Below are positions 1-12,682 of a stretch of 64,000 nt of DNA, piece by piece. Numbering within the stretch: the stretch's first letter is position 1; every line of letters starts with the position of its first letter. Source of the stretch: Azolla caroliniana (Eukaryota > Plantae > Polypodiophyta). The notes under the pieces were generated by a model. It made no database searches and was not told where the DNA came from. It saw only the letters and a list, made by a program, of their open reading frames with translations. Location of the stretch: assembly GCA_043228905.1 (NCBI GenBank), contig JBHGNT010000018.1:14508001-14572000 (forward strand), given 5' to 3'. The translations under genes and the position numbers were made by a program.

Positions 1-19
1 AGACATCCCAAACCGGAGT

Positions 20-311
20 GAAGGGGGAGATTGTTGGGAAATCGGTCTCTCCGGATGGGATACGGTGATGAATAAAGAGGACCCGGTGAGAACCGGAAGA
101 GATCCAGAAACCGGATTAGTGGACCCGGTGAGAACCGGAAGAGAAGATAGATTTGTAAATATGTCTTGAATAAGTTCATTGACGCTATATTTGTAAATAG
201 CCCTAAGTTCATATAACTATAAATATGACTTAGGGCAATCACTTTAGCATGTGTGATTGTGTTGTTGTCATATTGTTGTAATTGTTGTACAGAGTGAGAG
301 GGAGAGAGGGA
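20..311 (+). mobile_element. Copia-type PPT and 5' part of a 3' LTR, broken by LINE insertion at a GA-rich site
   Basis: GAAGGGGGAGAT (PPT) is immediately followed by TGTTGGG at 32, with TATAAAT at ~219. The sequence runs into GA repeats and a LINE tail at ~312. Confidence 0.65.
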
Positions 312-1539
312 GATAGATAGATAGATAGATAGATTATATTATCGTCTTCGGAGGTCAAATATGACCTATGAGACCAAAAATATTACATTTCACGTGATAC
401 GTGTGAAAGTGAGTAGTGACTCTCGATGTTCAAGAACTTTACCAATGAATGTTGCAATCGAGAGTGCACATTGTGGTTGTGAGAGGAATTCATGCAAAGA
501 TTGGGCTCGATTGAAGAGATGTGGAAAGCATGGTCGAATATGATCAAAGGCAGAGCATTGTATCAAAGTGTGATACTCAGACTCGCGAACTTGTTTAGGG
601 CAAAGTGTGCATAGCCGACCACTCTCATCACTTGTACCCCAACGCCCTGTTTCACATCGTAATGCATGTGAGCTAAGTCGCATGGAAGCAATGGTTCGAA
701 TGGAAGATAACGGTATGGGCTCTAACATGTATGGATGTGTACGATTTCCCCGTTCCACAAAGAATATGGTTTTGTAATTAGGTGCAACATGTGTAGTATA
801 ATGTGTGAAGCGTGAGCCTCCAAATTTGTCCCATGTCATGATACATTGGCATTGCAAAAAGGCCTCATTTACAGAGGAATCTAATGATGCATCATGAAGC
901 AAGTGTCTTGCATCCCATCTACCAAACCAAATTTCTATATCTTGCATCCAACCGAAACACAAAATTTTGCTTTTATGCGTCTTTTGTATCTTTTTGCTTG
1001 CTTCCCACGCAATTCTAGGAAGTCGATGTGAGGGACTTTTTTGAACCTTAAGCATGTACTCAACAACCCTTTCCATGGCCATGATCTCAATGGGAAGCGA
1101 TCCCGTCTCAAGGAGGAGGAGGGTGTAGGGCGTTTGTTTCTTAACTTGTAGAAACTTGGTAAGAAAATGCTTTTGGACATTTTCAAACTCTTTCCACATA
1201 GATTTAGGGATGCTACCGCCCCATACTTCCACCCCATAGAGAAGAACCGGTGTCACCAAAGTGTCGAAAAGATATTTCTTGAGGACCCAACACTTAATAT
1301 CTCCAAGATTGCATGTGTTCTCAAATGCATAGTATGCTCGCTTGCCCGCCTCTAAACGGCGTGTAGCACATTCATTCCATCTATGATTTGAAGGAACTTC
1401 AAGGCCAAGATATTTGAAGCTTTCCACACATTCAAGTGGCTCATTGTTGTACATAATGCATGGTTTATCTCTTTTTTGGCTCTTCACAAGCATAATCTTT
1501 GTTTTAGAGCTATTGAGACTTAATTTAGTATGCATGCAA
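312..1539 (-). mobile_element. 5'-truncated LINE (family A, RTE-X-like): RT C-terminus, CCHC finger and (TCTA)n tail
   Basis: ORF 390-1550 carries FKYLG, LLYGVEVWG and CTLC...ESEYHTLIQC. It is closely similar to 6655-7869, homology stops at ~1539, and (GATA)n lies at 312-334. Confidence 0.9.
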
Positions 1540-2849
1540 TTAACATGCATGTATGCATGCAGGCTTGGCTACAAAACTCTTTTGAGGGTGACCATTCAAT
1601 CGTTCTGGTAGTGAAGTCAAAGTTGTCACAGACTAAATGGAGAATACTAACCATAATTTCCTCTAAAATTCATCACTCAATAAAGTCACTAAGGAAATTA
1701 CTTAATTGATTTTTCAGGTATTAACTCTTTTGAGAAGGATTATTCAATCTTTCTTGGTAGTGAATTCAGAGTGTTGTAGCATAGGTTCACATAACGTACT
1801 AAATTTATTCACTTGGGAAAGCATGAAAGGAAGGATTTATATGTGGTATTTGTAGTAGGTATCATTTGGCAAATTTTTTGAAGGAAGTCCCAAAAATCAA
1901 GAGGTTGAGCTTGCACATCTAAAGAAAGCATTGTCTCTTGCAAACAACAAGAAAACTCAAAGAGAATACAATGTATCTATATTTGATGATTTATAATAAT
2001 GGCCAGCAACTTCATGTGTGAAGCATTCATTAGTGGTGTTGGTGGGCAAAATAACATCATCTTAAAATGCAATTTAAGTAAAGACAAGACTCGAGCAAAT
2101 AGCAAAAGAAAACGCATAATGTATGCATCAAAACTACCTACACAAGGAACATACTTGTGCTAAATCTCATATGCCCAAACAATGAAAAGTAATTCAAGAA
2201 AATATATATGTACTTAGAGTTCAAAATCAAGCTTTTTGTGCACACAAAATTGATGATAAGGTGGCAAATTGAACAACGGTAGGGTGACAACATGCTCACC
2301 ATAAAGCAACTTCTTTTCCTTCCTAAGCATGATTCTAAGTCACCACAAATGGCACTTACACTAATTTATCCTTCATTAAAATGCATGATTGATATTTGAG
2401 AGTGCCTAAATTTCTAATTCTCAAATGCCCTTCCTTATATGTATTTATATCTAAGAGTGATTATATTCTTGGATTTATATCTCTTACTTACCCAAATGTA
2501 CATGTCCCATATTGGACAACTAATATTAAGGTAGTGTTTGACCACCTTGGGCTCTTGTTTGATGGTCTTGATGGAGTACCATAACATTATGTAGGTTGAA
2601 AGGAAATTTGATTTAATAGTTTATCATATTGAACTTTGCAACATCTTGTAGTTAGACTAGTTGACATTGAATGATATGCAAAGATGTTGACACTCATTAT
2701 TGCTAAGCTACATGGAAGTAATGGTGTAGAGGACAAACAATGATAGTAGTTTCCCATTTAGAAGAAGAAGAAGGTTTTGTAGTTTAAGATATATATAATA
2801 TATTGTGTGAAGTGAAGGACGTCCCACCTTTCTCATGTTTAGATATAAT

Positions 2850-3325
2850 GGTATTGCAAAGCCTCATTCATGGAGGAATCTATTAATGCATCATAAAGCA
2901 AAGTGTAATGCATCCCATCGTCCACAACATTTCATGATTTCCTATACCCATAAATAGTTTTTGTGTGTCTTTTGAATGTTTTTTACTTGCTTACCATGCA
3001 ATTCCAAGGAACCGATGTGAGGTGCATTTTAAACCTTAACTACAACCTTGACAACACTTTCCATGTCCATGACCTCAACGACAAGTGATCCAATCTAAAA
3101 AGTAGGAAAACATAAGGCATTTGTAGCTTGACTCAAAGAAATGTCGTAATAAGGCGACACTTATGGACATTATCAAACTCTTTTGAAGAGAACTTAAGAA
3201 TACTAGAGCTCCATACTTCACAGCCTCATAGAGAAACATCAATATCATTGAAGTGTGGAAGAGGCATATCTTGAGAGCCCAACGTTCGATTTCTCTTCTG
3301 TTGTGCATGTTCTAAAACACATATT
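2850..3325 (-). pseudogene. Highly degraded LINE family A fragment
   Basis: Recognisable similarity to 850-1330 (gcattgcaaa...gcctcatt...gaggaatc; gatgtgagg; ccatacttc), with broken frames. Confidence 0.6.
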
Positions 3326-3554
3326 AAAAGACAATACTTCACCCTCTCACCCCCAACACACACACACACCACAAATGTTGTAGCTCAATTGGTAAAGGTT
3401 GTATTGCGAAGAGTAGTACGCCACATGCATGATCAAACCTCTACATTCTTCCATACCAGTTGGAGCTCCTTCACTAAGCTTGCCTAGTAGAGATCAAAAT
3501 GGCATACATTGAGGTCCTATGTCCTGCAACGACACCCAACCAAGTAGTGCATCT

Positions 3555-6500
3555 AAGGAGAGCAAGTGACATTCATCCTCCACCATTCCTTCATTGCATA
3601 CTTTACATGTCTTCAAATTTGTTACATTTTGATACCATGATGCAACTTCAATACCTAACTTGTGAGATCGAGTGCGAAGTTGTGTAAGGGCTCTACAAGC
3701 ATTACTACTCATATTGGTAATGAGATAAGGTTGGATACGATCAATAGGCATTCTTGCTTTATATTGAGACCAACATTCAGGGTTGATATTTGCAATGTAG
3801 TATTCTAGCTTTATCCTCTTAGCATCTTCGTACTTCATCCTTAATGATTCCACCAACCTTTCCTCAATCATTACATAATGCATAACATCACCTGAAAGCT
3901 CTAAAAGATCATCCACGCCCCATCTTCTAAACTATTTCCTTATGTCAACAACCCAACCAAATGAGAAAATCTTTCTCTTATGATTTTTTTGTAGCTTACA
4001 TCCAACATTCTAAGCAAGATGTGGTAATCGATAATTCGGCATATTCTTGACTTTTGTAATTTATTTATATACTCTTTGGAGTGCCAATATTTCTATGGGT
4101 CGAACACCTGTTTCCAAGCGCATAACCTGGTAAGAGGTAGTGTATTTAAGTCCTAATTGCCTCCTTAAAAACATCTTTTGAATTTTCTCAATCTCATCCC
4201 ATGCATTAAGAGAGATGGTGCCACCCCATACTTCTCCCATACTTATACTCCATAAAGCAATACTTGAGTTACCGTGGCATTGAACAACATTAGTTTTACT
4301 TCCCATCCACACTTAATATCCCTTTGGTTGCATTGGTTCTCCAAAAGGTAATACGATTTCCAACCGGCTTGGAGCTTAGAATCAAAGCATGCACTCCATT
4401 TATTTGTGGCGGGTACATCAATACAAGGATATTTAAAGCTTCAAACAAATTGTATATGTTCACCTCTATATGTGAGCATAGGGTAATGACGAGGTTGGAT
4501 GGTTTGCACTACCATCATTTTTGCTCTCTCCACATTCCTTGCTAGGCCACTACTACGGCAAAATTCTTCTAATACCCCAAGTAAATGTTGCATACTATCA
4601 ACATCATATGAGAAGAGTACCACATCATATGCATATAGAAGCAATAAGATAACATATTGCATCAATTTGGGGGTTGCATTCAATCCTTCTTCTCTTGCAA
4701 CCTTATTCACCACTTCTTCTAATTTATCAATACATAAGCCAAAAAGTGTGGGCGATAGTGGACATCCTTGCTTGACCCCCATGTTAATTAAAAAGTCCTT
4801 TGAGAATTCACTATCCATTTTTAATTAGCATTTAACTTGTTCATATAGGCATGCAACAACAACTCGGTACTCTAATGGCATGTCAATCTCTACCATTCTA
4901 TTCCAAAGCTCACTTCGTGGCATGGTATCAAAAGCTTTCTTGAAATCAACAAAACAACAATAAAGCGTTTTTCCTTGTAGTCGACTCTCTTCCATGATTA
5001 CTCTCAATTTGACCAAATGATCCACAGTGGAGTGTTTTCGTCTAAATCCTACTTGCCCAAGTGCTATTTTGCTTGTACTTTCAGCCCATGTGCTTATCTT
5101 TTGCTCCATAATAGTGCTATATAATTTAGTAATAGTTGAGCTCACCATTATTGTACGATAATTTGATACTTGATTCTTATCTGCGGCTTTAAATATTGGT
5201 TTAATCCAATTCATAAGCCAATCATTTGGAAATCCTTGTTTTATAGCTTGCTCTATAATTGTCATTATCCAATGACGAGTATGTGGCATTGTCCAGTTTA
5301 AAAGCTCACTTGAGACGATGGTTGCATCTGCTACTTTCCCACTCACCATCTTCTTTATTCCCTTATTGACATCATCAATATTGATACATGTAGTGCATGG
5401 TGTTTCAATTTGCTCAACCATAGGAGCCACACCTTCATGCATATATAGCCTTTGTACATAGTCTAACATCTCTTCATTTGTAAAGTGACCTTTCACATCT
5501 TCTTTCTTACCCTTGAGTTGTCCCCATGCTAATTTTGGTTTGAGCTAAATAAATTTTTATTTTTCATCTCTTGCATTTGGAAATATCTTCTTTTCTTTCT
5601 CCTCACTACTTTCTTATATAGGTGACATGCAACAATCTTTTCATTTTCCCCTTCTATGGACTTAAACCATTTGAGATACATCTTACATTCATTGTCGAAC
5701 CAATAATTACATGGAAAACTACACATCTTATGCCCACCCACATGCCTCTTAAAGTATTGATATCCAACCTTAAGGATGATATCCTTCAAATGTTGCCAAT
5801 TTTCTTTAACATCGTTGCTTAGAGAAAAATTTAACAAATGGTTATCCACTTTATTTGCATACATCTTAGCTTTTTCGTAGCAAGGTTGGATGATACATCT
5901 CAAGTTCCGTCTTTCACTCCATGACATCTATTGGTGAAATGTGGAATTGCAAGCTCTAAGTACAATGGGTTGTGGTCTGAGTCCGGAGATAGAGAACCAA
6001 CTTTAAACACATTCACCAATGATAGGTCACATGCCAACATTAATGCGTAATCAACCACACTTCCTCCACCCAAGGATGGTAAACATGTGAGCACATTTGT
6101 CAATGGGAACGTCGTTATACCATTTAGGATATAATCAAGTTCGTGCAATTTAGCATATGTATCAAAAATTTTCCATAATCTGACATGATACAATCCTCTG
6201 AGTCACGCAATAGACAATGTTCTACTATAGTTTCTTCAAATGTCTCTGCATTTTGGAAATTTCCAACTTTTGCATTGAAGTCTCCCATAATTAAAACTTT
6301 ACCAAGCCTCTCAAATGAAAGTATATCATGACATAATTCTGTAAAAGGATCGTCACAATCTAACCCAAACCTACTATAGTAGTTTGAGTCTTTGTGAGGA
6401 ATGTAACATGCAACTATATAGAGCTTCTCTTTCCCTAAATTAACCGCTATCCATATGTATCTCTTATAATCATCATATTTACATACTTTGATGGAATTAT

Positions 6501-6650
6501 CTAAGCTCTCATGGTAGATATATGCGATCCCGTCACGCCCAATATTCCCTTTGGAGGGATGCCATATCGATTTTATGAGGTAGCCATCAATCTTAGGTAT
6601 AGGTTTTGCCTCATGCTCCCATGTTTTAGCCAAAAATATAATGGGGTCAT
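3555..6650 (-). mobile_element. Degenerate LINE family B ORF2 (APE endonuclease, RT, CCHC), truncated at both ends
   Basis: Fragments include TWEHE, MGDFNAKVG, SVVDY, SDHNPL, FVDFKKAFD, GVKQGCPLSP, LLYAYD and CKVC...EDECH, with several stops and frameshifts. Confidence 0.9.
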
Positions 6651-6652
6651 AA

Positions 6653-9600
6653 AGAGATAGATAGATTATATTATCGTCTTCGAAGGTCAAATATGACGCA
6701 TGAGACCAAAAATATTACATTTCACATAATAAATGTGAAAGTGAGTAGTGACTCTCAATGATCAAGAACTTTACCAATGAATGTTGCAATCGAGAGTGCA
6801 CATTGTGGTCGTGAGAGGAATTCATGCAAGGATTAGGCTCGGTCAAAGAGATGTGGAAAGCATGGTCGAATATGATCAAAGGTAGAGCATTGTATCAAAG
6901 TGTGATACTCAAACTCGCAAACTTGTTTAGGGCAAAGTGTGCATAGCCGACCACTCTCATCACTTTGTGCCCCAATGCCATGTCTCACATCGCAATGCAT
7001 GTGAGCTAAGTCGCATGGAAGCAACAGTTCAAATGGCAGATAACGGTATGGGCTCTAACATGTATCGATGTGTACGATTTCCCCGTTTCGCAAAGAATAT
7101 GGTTTTGTAGTTAGGTGCAACATGTGTAGTATAATGTGTGAAGTGTGAGCCTCCACAATTGTCCCATGTCATGATACATTGGCATTGCAAAAAGGCCTCA
7201 TTTACAGAGGAATCTAATGATGCATCATGAAGCAAGTGGCTCACATCCCATCTACCAAACCAAATGTCTATATCTTGCATCCAACTAGAACACAAAATTT
7301 TGCTTTTATGCGTCTTTTGGATCTTTTTGCTTGCTTCCCATGTAATTCTAGGAAGTCGAGGTGAGGGACTTTTTTGAACCTTAAGCATGTACTCAACAAC
7401 CCTTTCCATGGCCATGATCTCAATGGGAAGTGATCCCGTCTCAAGGAGGAGGGTGTAGGACGTTTGTTTCTTAACTTGTAGAAACTTTGGAAGAAAATAT
7501 TTTTGGACATTTTCAAACTCTTTCCACATAGATTTAGGGATGCTACTGCCCCATATTTCCACCCCATAGAGAAGAACCGGCATCACCAAAGTGTCGGAAA
7601 TATATTTCTTGAGGACCCAACACTTAATATCTCCAAGATTGCATGTGTTCTCAAATGCATAGTATGCTCGCTTGCCCGCCTCTAAGCGGCGTGTAGCACA
7701 TTCATTCCATCTATGATTTGAAGGAACTTCAAGGCCAATATATTTGAAGCTTTCCACACATTCAAGTGGCTCATTGTTGTACATAATGCATGGTTTATCT
7801 CTTTTTTGGCTCTTCACAAGCATAATCTTTGTTTTAGAGCTATTGACACTTAATTTAGTATGCATGCAAAAAATTTCCAATGCCTTCATAAGCTTTTGTG
7901 CATCTCCTAAAGTATTTGCAAAAAGCACTACATCATCTACATATAGCAAAAGCATAATCACGACATTCCCAATGGCAACTTCTGCAACACATTCTTCCTT
8001 TGCAAACTTGGTAACCATTTCTTCCAATTCATCAATGCATAGACCAAATAGTGTTGGTGACAGTGGGCATCCTTGCTTAACACCAATAGTGCTTTTGAAA
8101 AAATCTGAAAGTTTATCTCTCATGCGCACACAACATATAACCTTCTCATAAATTCGGGAAATTGCAAGCATATATTCACTTGGAACCTCAAGTTCTTCCA
8201 TTCACCTCCAAAGATGCTCACGAGGTACCATATCAAAAGCTTTCTTGAAGTCTACAAAGCAACAATATAAACATTTACCTCTAAGGCGACTTTCCTCCAT
8301 TAATACTCGAAGGGTGATAAGGTGATCAATGGTGCTATGGTGTTTCCGAAAGCCAGCTTGTCCATAAGCTCTCTTACCACTTTTTTCAGCCCATACACTT
8401 ATCTTTGATTCCATTATACATCCAAATAGTTTTGCCATTAATGAGCCAACCATGATGGTTCGATAGTTGTTTACATTATTTATATCTCCACTTTTATGTA
8501 AAGGTCTGATCCAATTTGTAGTCCAATCGTACGGCATACCATGTTGCAATGCATCATTAAACATATCGCTTATCCATATATGTGCTTCATTTCCCGTCCA
8601 TTTGAGCATTTCAGCCTTTATACATTGAAGATCGCTTGCCTTTCGAGAGGCCAATTTCTTAAGTCCTATGCATATATCTTCAATTGTAAAGAAGGGAGGC
8701 ATATGTGAAAGAGAACCATAACACATCATCTTTCCGGAAAGAGATAACTCATATAAATTCTTACAATGCATAGACAAGTCGTGAAGAGTTAAGTCACCAT
8801 AACTCTCAACACGTTTTCCCTTTAGATTTCCCCAAAATTTAGCACATGCATGTGCTTTCTCTTGCGTTTGGATAAATTGTTGAGTAACTTCACATATTCT
8901 TCTCTTTCTTTGAATAAGCCTTTTATACTCATGCAAATGCTTTTGGTAATTCTCTTTATCCTTAACTACATCCAAAACCATAAGGCACTTTCGAGCTTCA
9001 CGACATTCTTTATCAAACTATTTTTTCCTAAGTTTCTTGGTGCATTTCCAAGATGTGCGGTTGGTCGAAAAACATTTGTTTGTACATGAGAGAATGACTT
9101 TCTTGAAAGCTTCCCATTTTCATTCTAGTGTGGCACCATGTTGTATCTTTGTCATTTGTAACATATCCTCAACCATCTTGGAGTACATGGGTGCTCGCTT
9201 AAGGTTCATGCTCAAGTGCGGTTGTTTATTACCTTCAATAGCCTTCTCACAATCAAACCTATGCATACATTTGAGATCAATACATAAAGGCCTATCATCG
9301 GATTCCGGTGTCCATTCACCAAGTGAGAATTTATGTATACGATCCAAAATACCTTCAGAAAGTAGCACATAATCAATCACACTATTTCCGTTGTGTTTTC
9401 TACATGTAAAACCATTAGTGTTGGGCCATAAGGAAATACCATTTGCAATAAGCAATCCGGTACTATTGCACATTTGTAGGAGTAACTTCCCAAATTGGTC
9501 TGGATCTTTTTCATCGCTAGAAGAGCGGTTATACATTTGCATATCCTCTTGCATCCTTGAGATATGTGGCATGAAAGATTCTTGTGAATCAAGTTGGAAA

Positions 9601-10059
9601 CTTCTTGTACGAGCATTCATGTCACCAAAGACAATAACTTCCCCTTTGGATTTGAAATAAGAAATATCATCTTCTAGATTGGCAAACGGTTGATCTTTAT
9701 CCAAACAAGCATAAAAATTAGAATCTTGATGAGGAATGTAACATCCAACTACAAAAGTGGGCAAATCATTAGGTGTTTCTATTTTGAGCCATATGTAGCA
9801 TTTATTTTCATCATTTTTTATGATTGACACATATTTCTCTATTTCCTTCTTAATCAAACATGCCACCCCTCCTTGTCCTCTTCTTTGTCTTGGATTTTTC
9901 TTCCATATCAAAGAGTGTACATTATAGTTTCCTAAACCTTGAATCCTTTGAGTATCATGCTCCCATGTTTCAACAAGAAGTGTGATATCCGAGTCATCGG
10001 TGAACTCCTCTATGCCAAATCCTGCATTCCATGGGTATCCATTGCAATTCCAAAAGCAT
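6653..10059 (-). mobile_element. LINE family A, near-complete ORF2 (APE-RT-CCHC) with disablements and (TCTA)n tail
   Basis: Motifs WNCNG, ETWEHD, GDMNAR, SVIDY, FVDFKKAFD, GVKQGCPLSP and LLYVDD are present. There is an in-frame stop at 8202-8204, and the 3' end matches the copy at 312. Confidence 0.92.
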
Positions 10060-10338
10060 GAGAGAGAGATACAAAGTGATACTCTGTTGTAACCGCCACT
10101 GTGCGTAGAAACAGAGCTCGAGGTCGTTGCCTCCGAGTCTCTGATTGTACCCCTTCTCTTCATAGTGATAGTTCGGAGTCTGTGGGCTCCCGTGGTTTTT
10201 CCCTATTAGGTTTTTCCCCGTAAACATCCGGTGTCATTTTTCTTGTGTACTATCCACTTCCCCTTTCTGTGTTTGATTCTTATAGAAGTGACTTACTACT
10301 CGATTGTGGCCGAGCGATATTCCGTGCATTTCTTTACA
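10060..10338 (+). mobile_element. 3' part of a Copia-type LTR, likely the continuation of 32-311
   Basis: It begins in GA repeats, contains the typical plant Copia LTR motif CGTGGTTTTTCCC...GGTTTTTCCCCGTAAA and ends in ...TTTACA before an RT remnant. Confidence 0.55.
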
Positions 10339-11837
10339 GAAAAAGGGTGTCGACTTCGATGAGATATTCGCACCAGTTATGAAAATGATATCTGAAAAGA
10401 GAGATGATGATAGAAAAGAGAGAGAAGGAAGATCTAGAAATCCAAATCTACAAAGATATATTAATAAGGAGTGATCATCATAGAAACAAGAGAAAGAAGA
10501 TACATAAACTCAAGCCTACAAGGATCAATTGATCACTAGAAAAACGCACTACATGAATAGGTAAGAAAAAACACCACCAGAAAACCAGGCCCTCTCACCA
10601 CCTCACTCTTCTTGCTTTATATGAAGTTCTCCTCTAGTAGATAAGTTTCGCTTGCTTTCTTTTCCACGCTTTTTTAGAGCTGTTCCATCTCCTATTCTTA
10701 GCTATGACACAACGATCTTCTAATCGTCATATCTCCCTCATCCATGCTCCAAATTTAGAGTTTTAAAAAGCTACGGATAGCTCTCGTCAAAAGCTTTCTA
10801 ACCCATATTTGCACATTATATTTGGCTTCCAAATGAATGAGTTATGGGCGTTCGTTGTAGACTGTATTTTGGTGGCCCGTTTTTTTCTTCTTTGACTTTT
10901 CTCCATCTTTCTTGCTTTTAGTTTGACTTATACTTGAAACCTTAGCTCGTGTTCTTGGCCTTCGGGTGTGAATGCTCCATACCTTATATTTTTGTAGACT
11001 TCAGTACCTTGAATTCTAAAAACACTTTCACAATACCCATTCGAACTGTTCTGAGCATAGCTGCCAGTATGGACTTGGAGATCGAATAGTTAGATGTCAA
11101 AACAACATTCTTGCATAGGGAGCTGGATGAAGAGATCTACATGCAGTAGCCTGAAAGCTTTGAGGAGAAAGTGAAAGAGAACTTGGTGTGTCGACTGAAG
11201 AAAAGCTTGTATGGGTTGAAACAAGCTCCACGACAATGGTACAAGAAGTTCGAGTCCTTCATGCTAGAACATAGGTTCCAGAAAACACGGGTTGATCACT
11301 GTGTGTTCGTCAAAAGGTATGATGAAGGTGACTTCTTGATTCTCTTATTATACGTGGATGACTTGTTGATAGTCGAACAAGACACGAAGAGGATCGTGAG
11401 AATGAAGAAAGCTTTAGGCAAGTTGTTTGTCATGAAAGATCTTGGACCGACTAAATAGATTTTAGGAATGCACATAGTTCGGGATAGAACTAAGAAACTG
11501 TTGTGGTTGTCACAAGAGAAGTATGTGACGAAGATTCTCAAAAGATTCAAGATGTCGGAAGCAAAGCTAGTCGGCTCTGTGTTGCCAACCAAGTGCAAGT
11601 TGAATGCTAAGCAATGCCCAAGAGGGGAGAAAGAAAAGGTTGAGATGAGGAAAGTACCGTATGCCTCGGCCGTCGACAGTCTAATGTATGCTATGGTCTG
11701 TACGAAACCAGACATAACATTTGTTGTGGGAGTAGTAAACCGATACATGAGTAATCCGAGTAGAGAACACTGGGCAATAGTAAAGAGGATACTCCAGTAC
11801 TTGAAAGGCACCTCGTGGGTATGCCTTAGGTATGGTG
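10339..11837 (+). pseudogene. Ty1/Copia RT-RNaseH remnant, interrupted by a solo LTR and ending at a LINE
   Basis: Reads KKGVDFDEIFAPVMKM | SIRTVLSIAASMDLEIE*LDVKTTFLH, then SLYGLKQAPRQWY, LLYVDD and VPYASAV, with several stops. Confidence 0.9.
10393..11032. mobile_element. Solo LTR (640 bp) inside the Copia RT
   Basis: TG...CA ends are flanked by ATATC/ATACC (5-bp TSD, 1 mismatch). Removing it restores ATG AAA ATG ATA TCC ATT CGA ACT (MKMISIRT). Confidence 0.75.
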
Positions 11838-12682
11838 TCTCCTTCCTAAGGGGTATTCATACATTGACGCACAAAGTCTCTATGTGTGAATAAAGCATAC
11901 ATAGATGAATTCAACCTTCTCAGTGGTGTCTTAAGTATGGCAATTAAGTTATCACTCCCTCTTAGTATGTCAGCATATCTTGAACGAATTGCACTATATG
12001 TCAAGCATGTGACATTCATCCTTTACCATGGCTTCATTGTTTGCATGTCTTCAAGTTCATTACGTTTTGATACCATGATGCAACTTCAATACCTAACTTG
12101 TGAGATCGAGTGCGAAGTAGTGAAATGGCTCTACGAGCGTTACTACTCATATTGGTAATGAGATAAGGTTGGATACGATCAATAGGCATTATTGCTTTAT
12201 ATTGAGTCCAACATTCAGGTTTGACATTTGCAATGTAGAATTCTAGCGTTGTCCTCTCATCATCTTCCCATTTCATCCTTAATGATTCCACCAACCTTTC
12301 CTCAATCATTACATATTGCATAGCATTGCCCAAAAGCTCTAAAAGATCATCCACACCCCATCTTTTAAACCATTTCCTTATGTCAACAACCCAACCGGAT
12401 GAGAGAATCTTAATTTTATGATTCTTTTGTAGCATACATCCAACATTCCAAGCAAGATGTGGTAATCGATGATTCGGTATATTCTTGACTTTTGTAATGT
12501 ATTTATATACTCTTTGGAGTGCCAATAGTTCTATGGGTCAATACACATGTTTCCAAGAGCATAACCTGGTTAGAAGTAGTGCATTTAACTCCTAATTTCC
12601 TCCTTAAAAACATCTTTTGAATTTTCTCAATCTTATTCTATGCATTAAGAGAGATGGTGCCACCCCATACTTCTACTCCATA
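11838..12682 (-). mobile_element. LINE family B 3' fragment
   Basis: Similar to 3600-4240 and 54535-55390; ORF 12034-12525 reads RLPHLAWNVG...LRTRSHKLGIE. Confidence 0.85.

Noticed and set aside
9120-10163. 347-aa ORF with a novel N-terminus
   Set aside because: The first ~35 codons come from the adjacent LTR read into a truncated LINE endonuclease, so this is a junction artefact.
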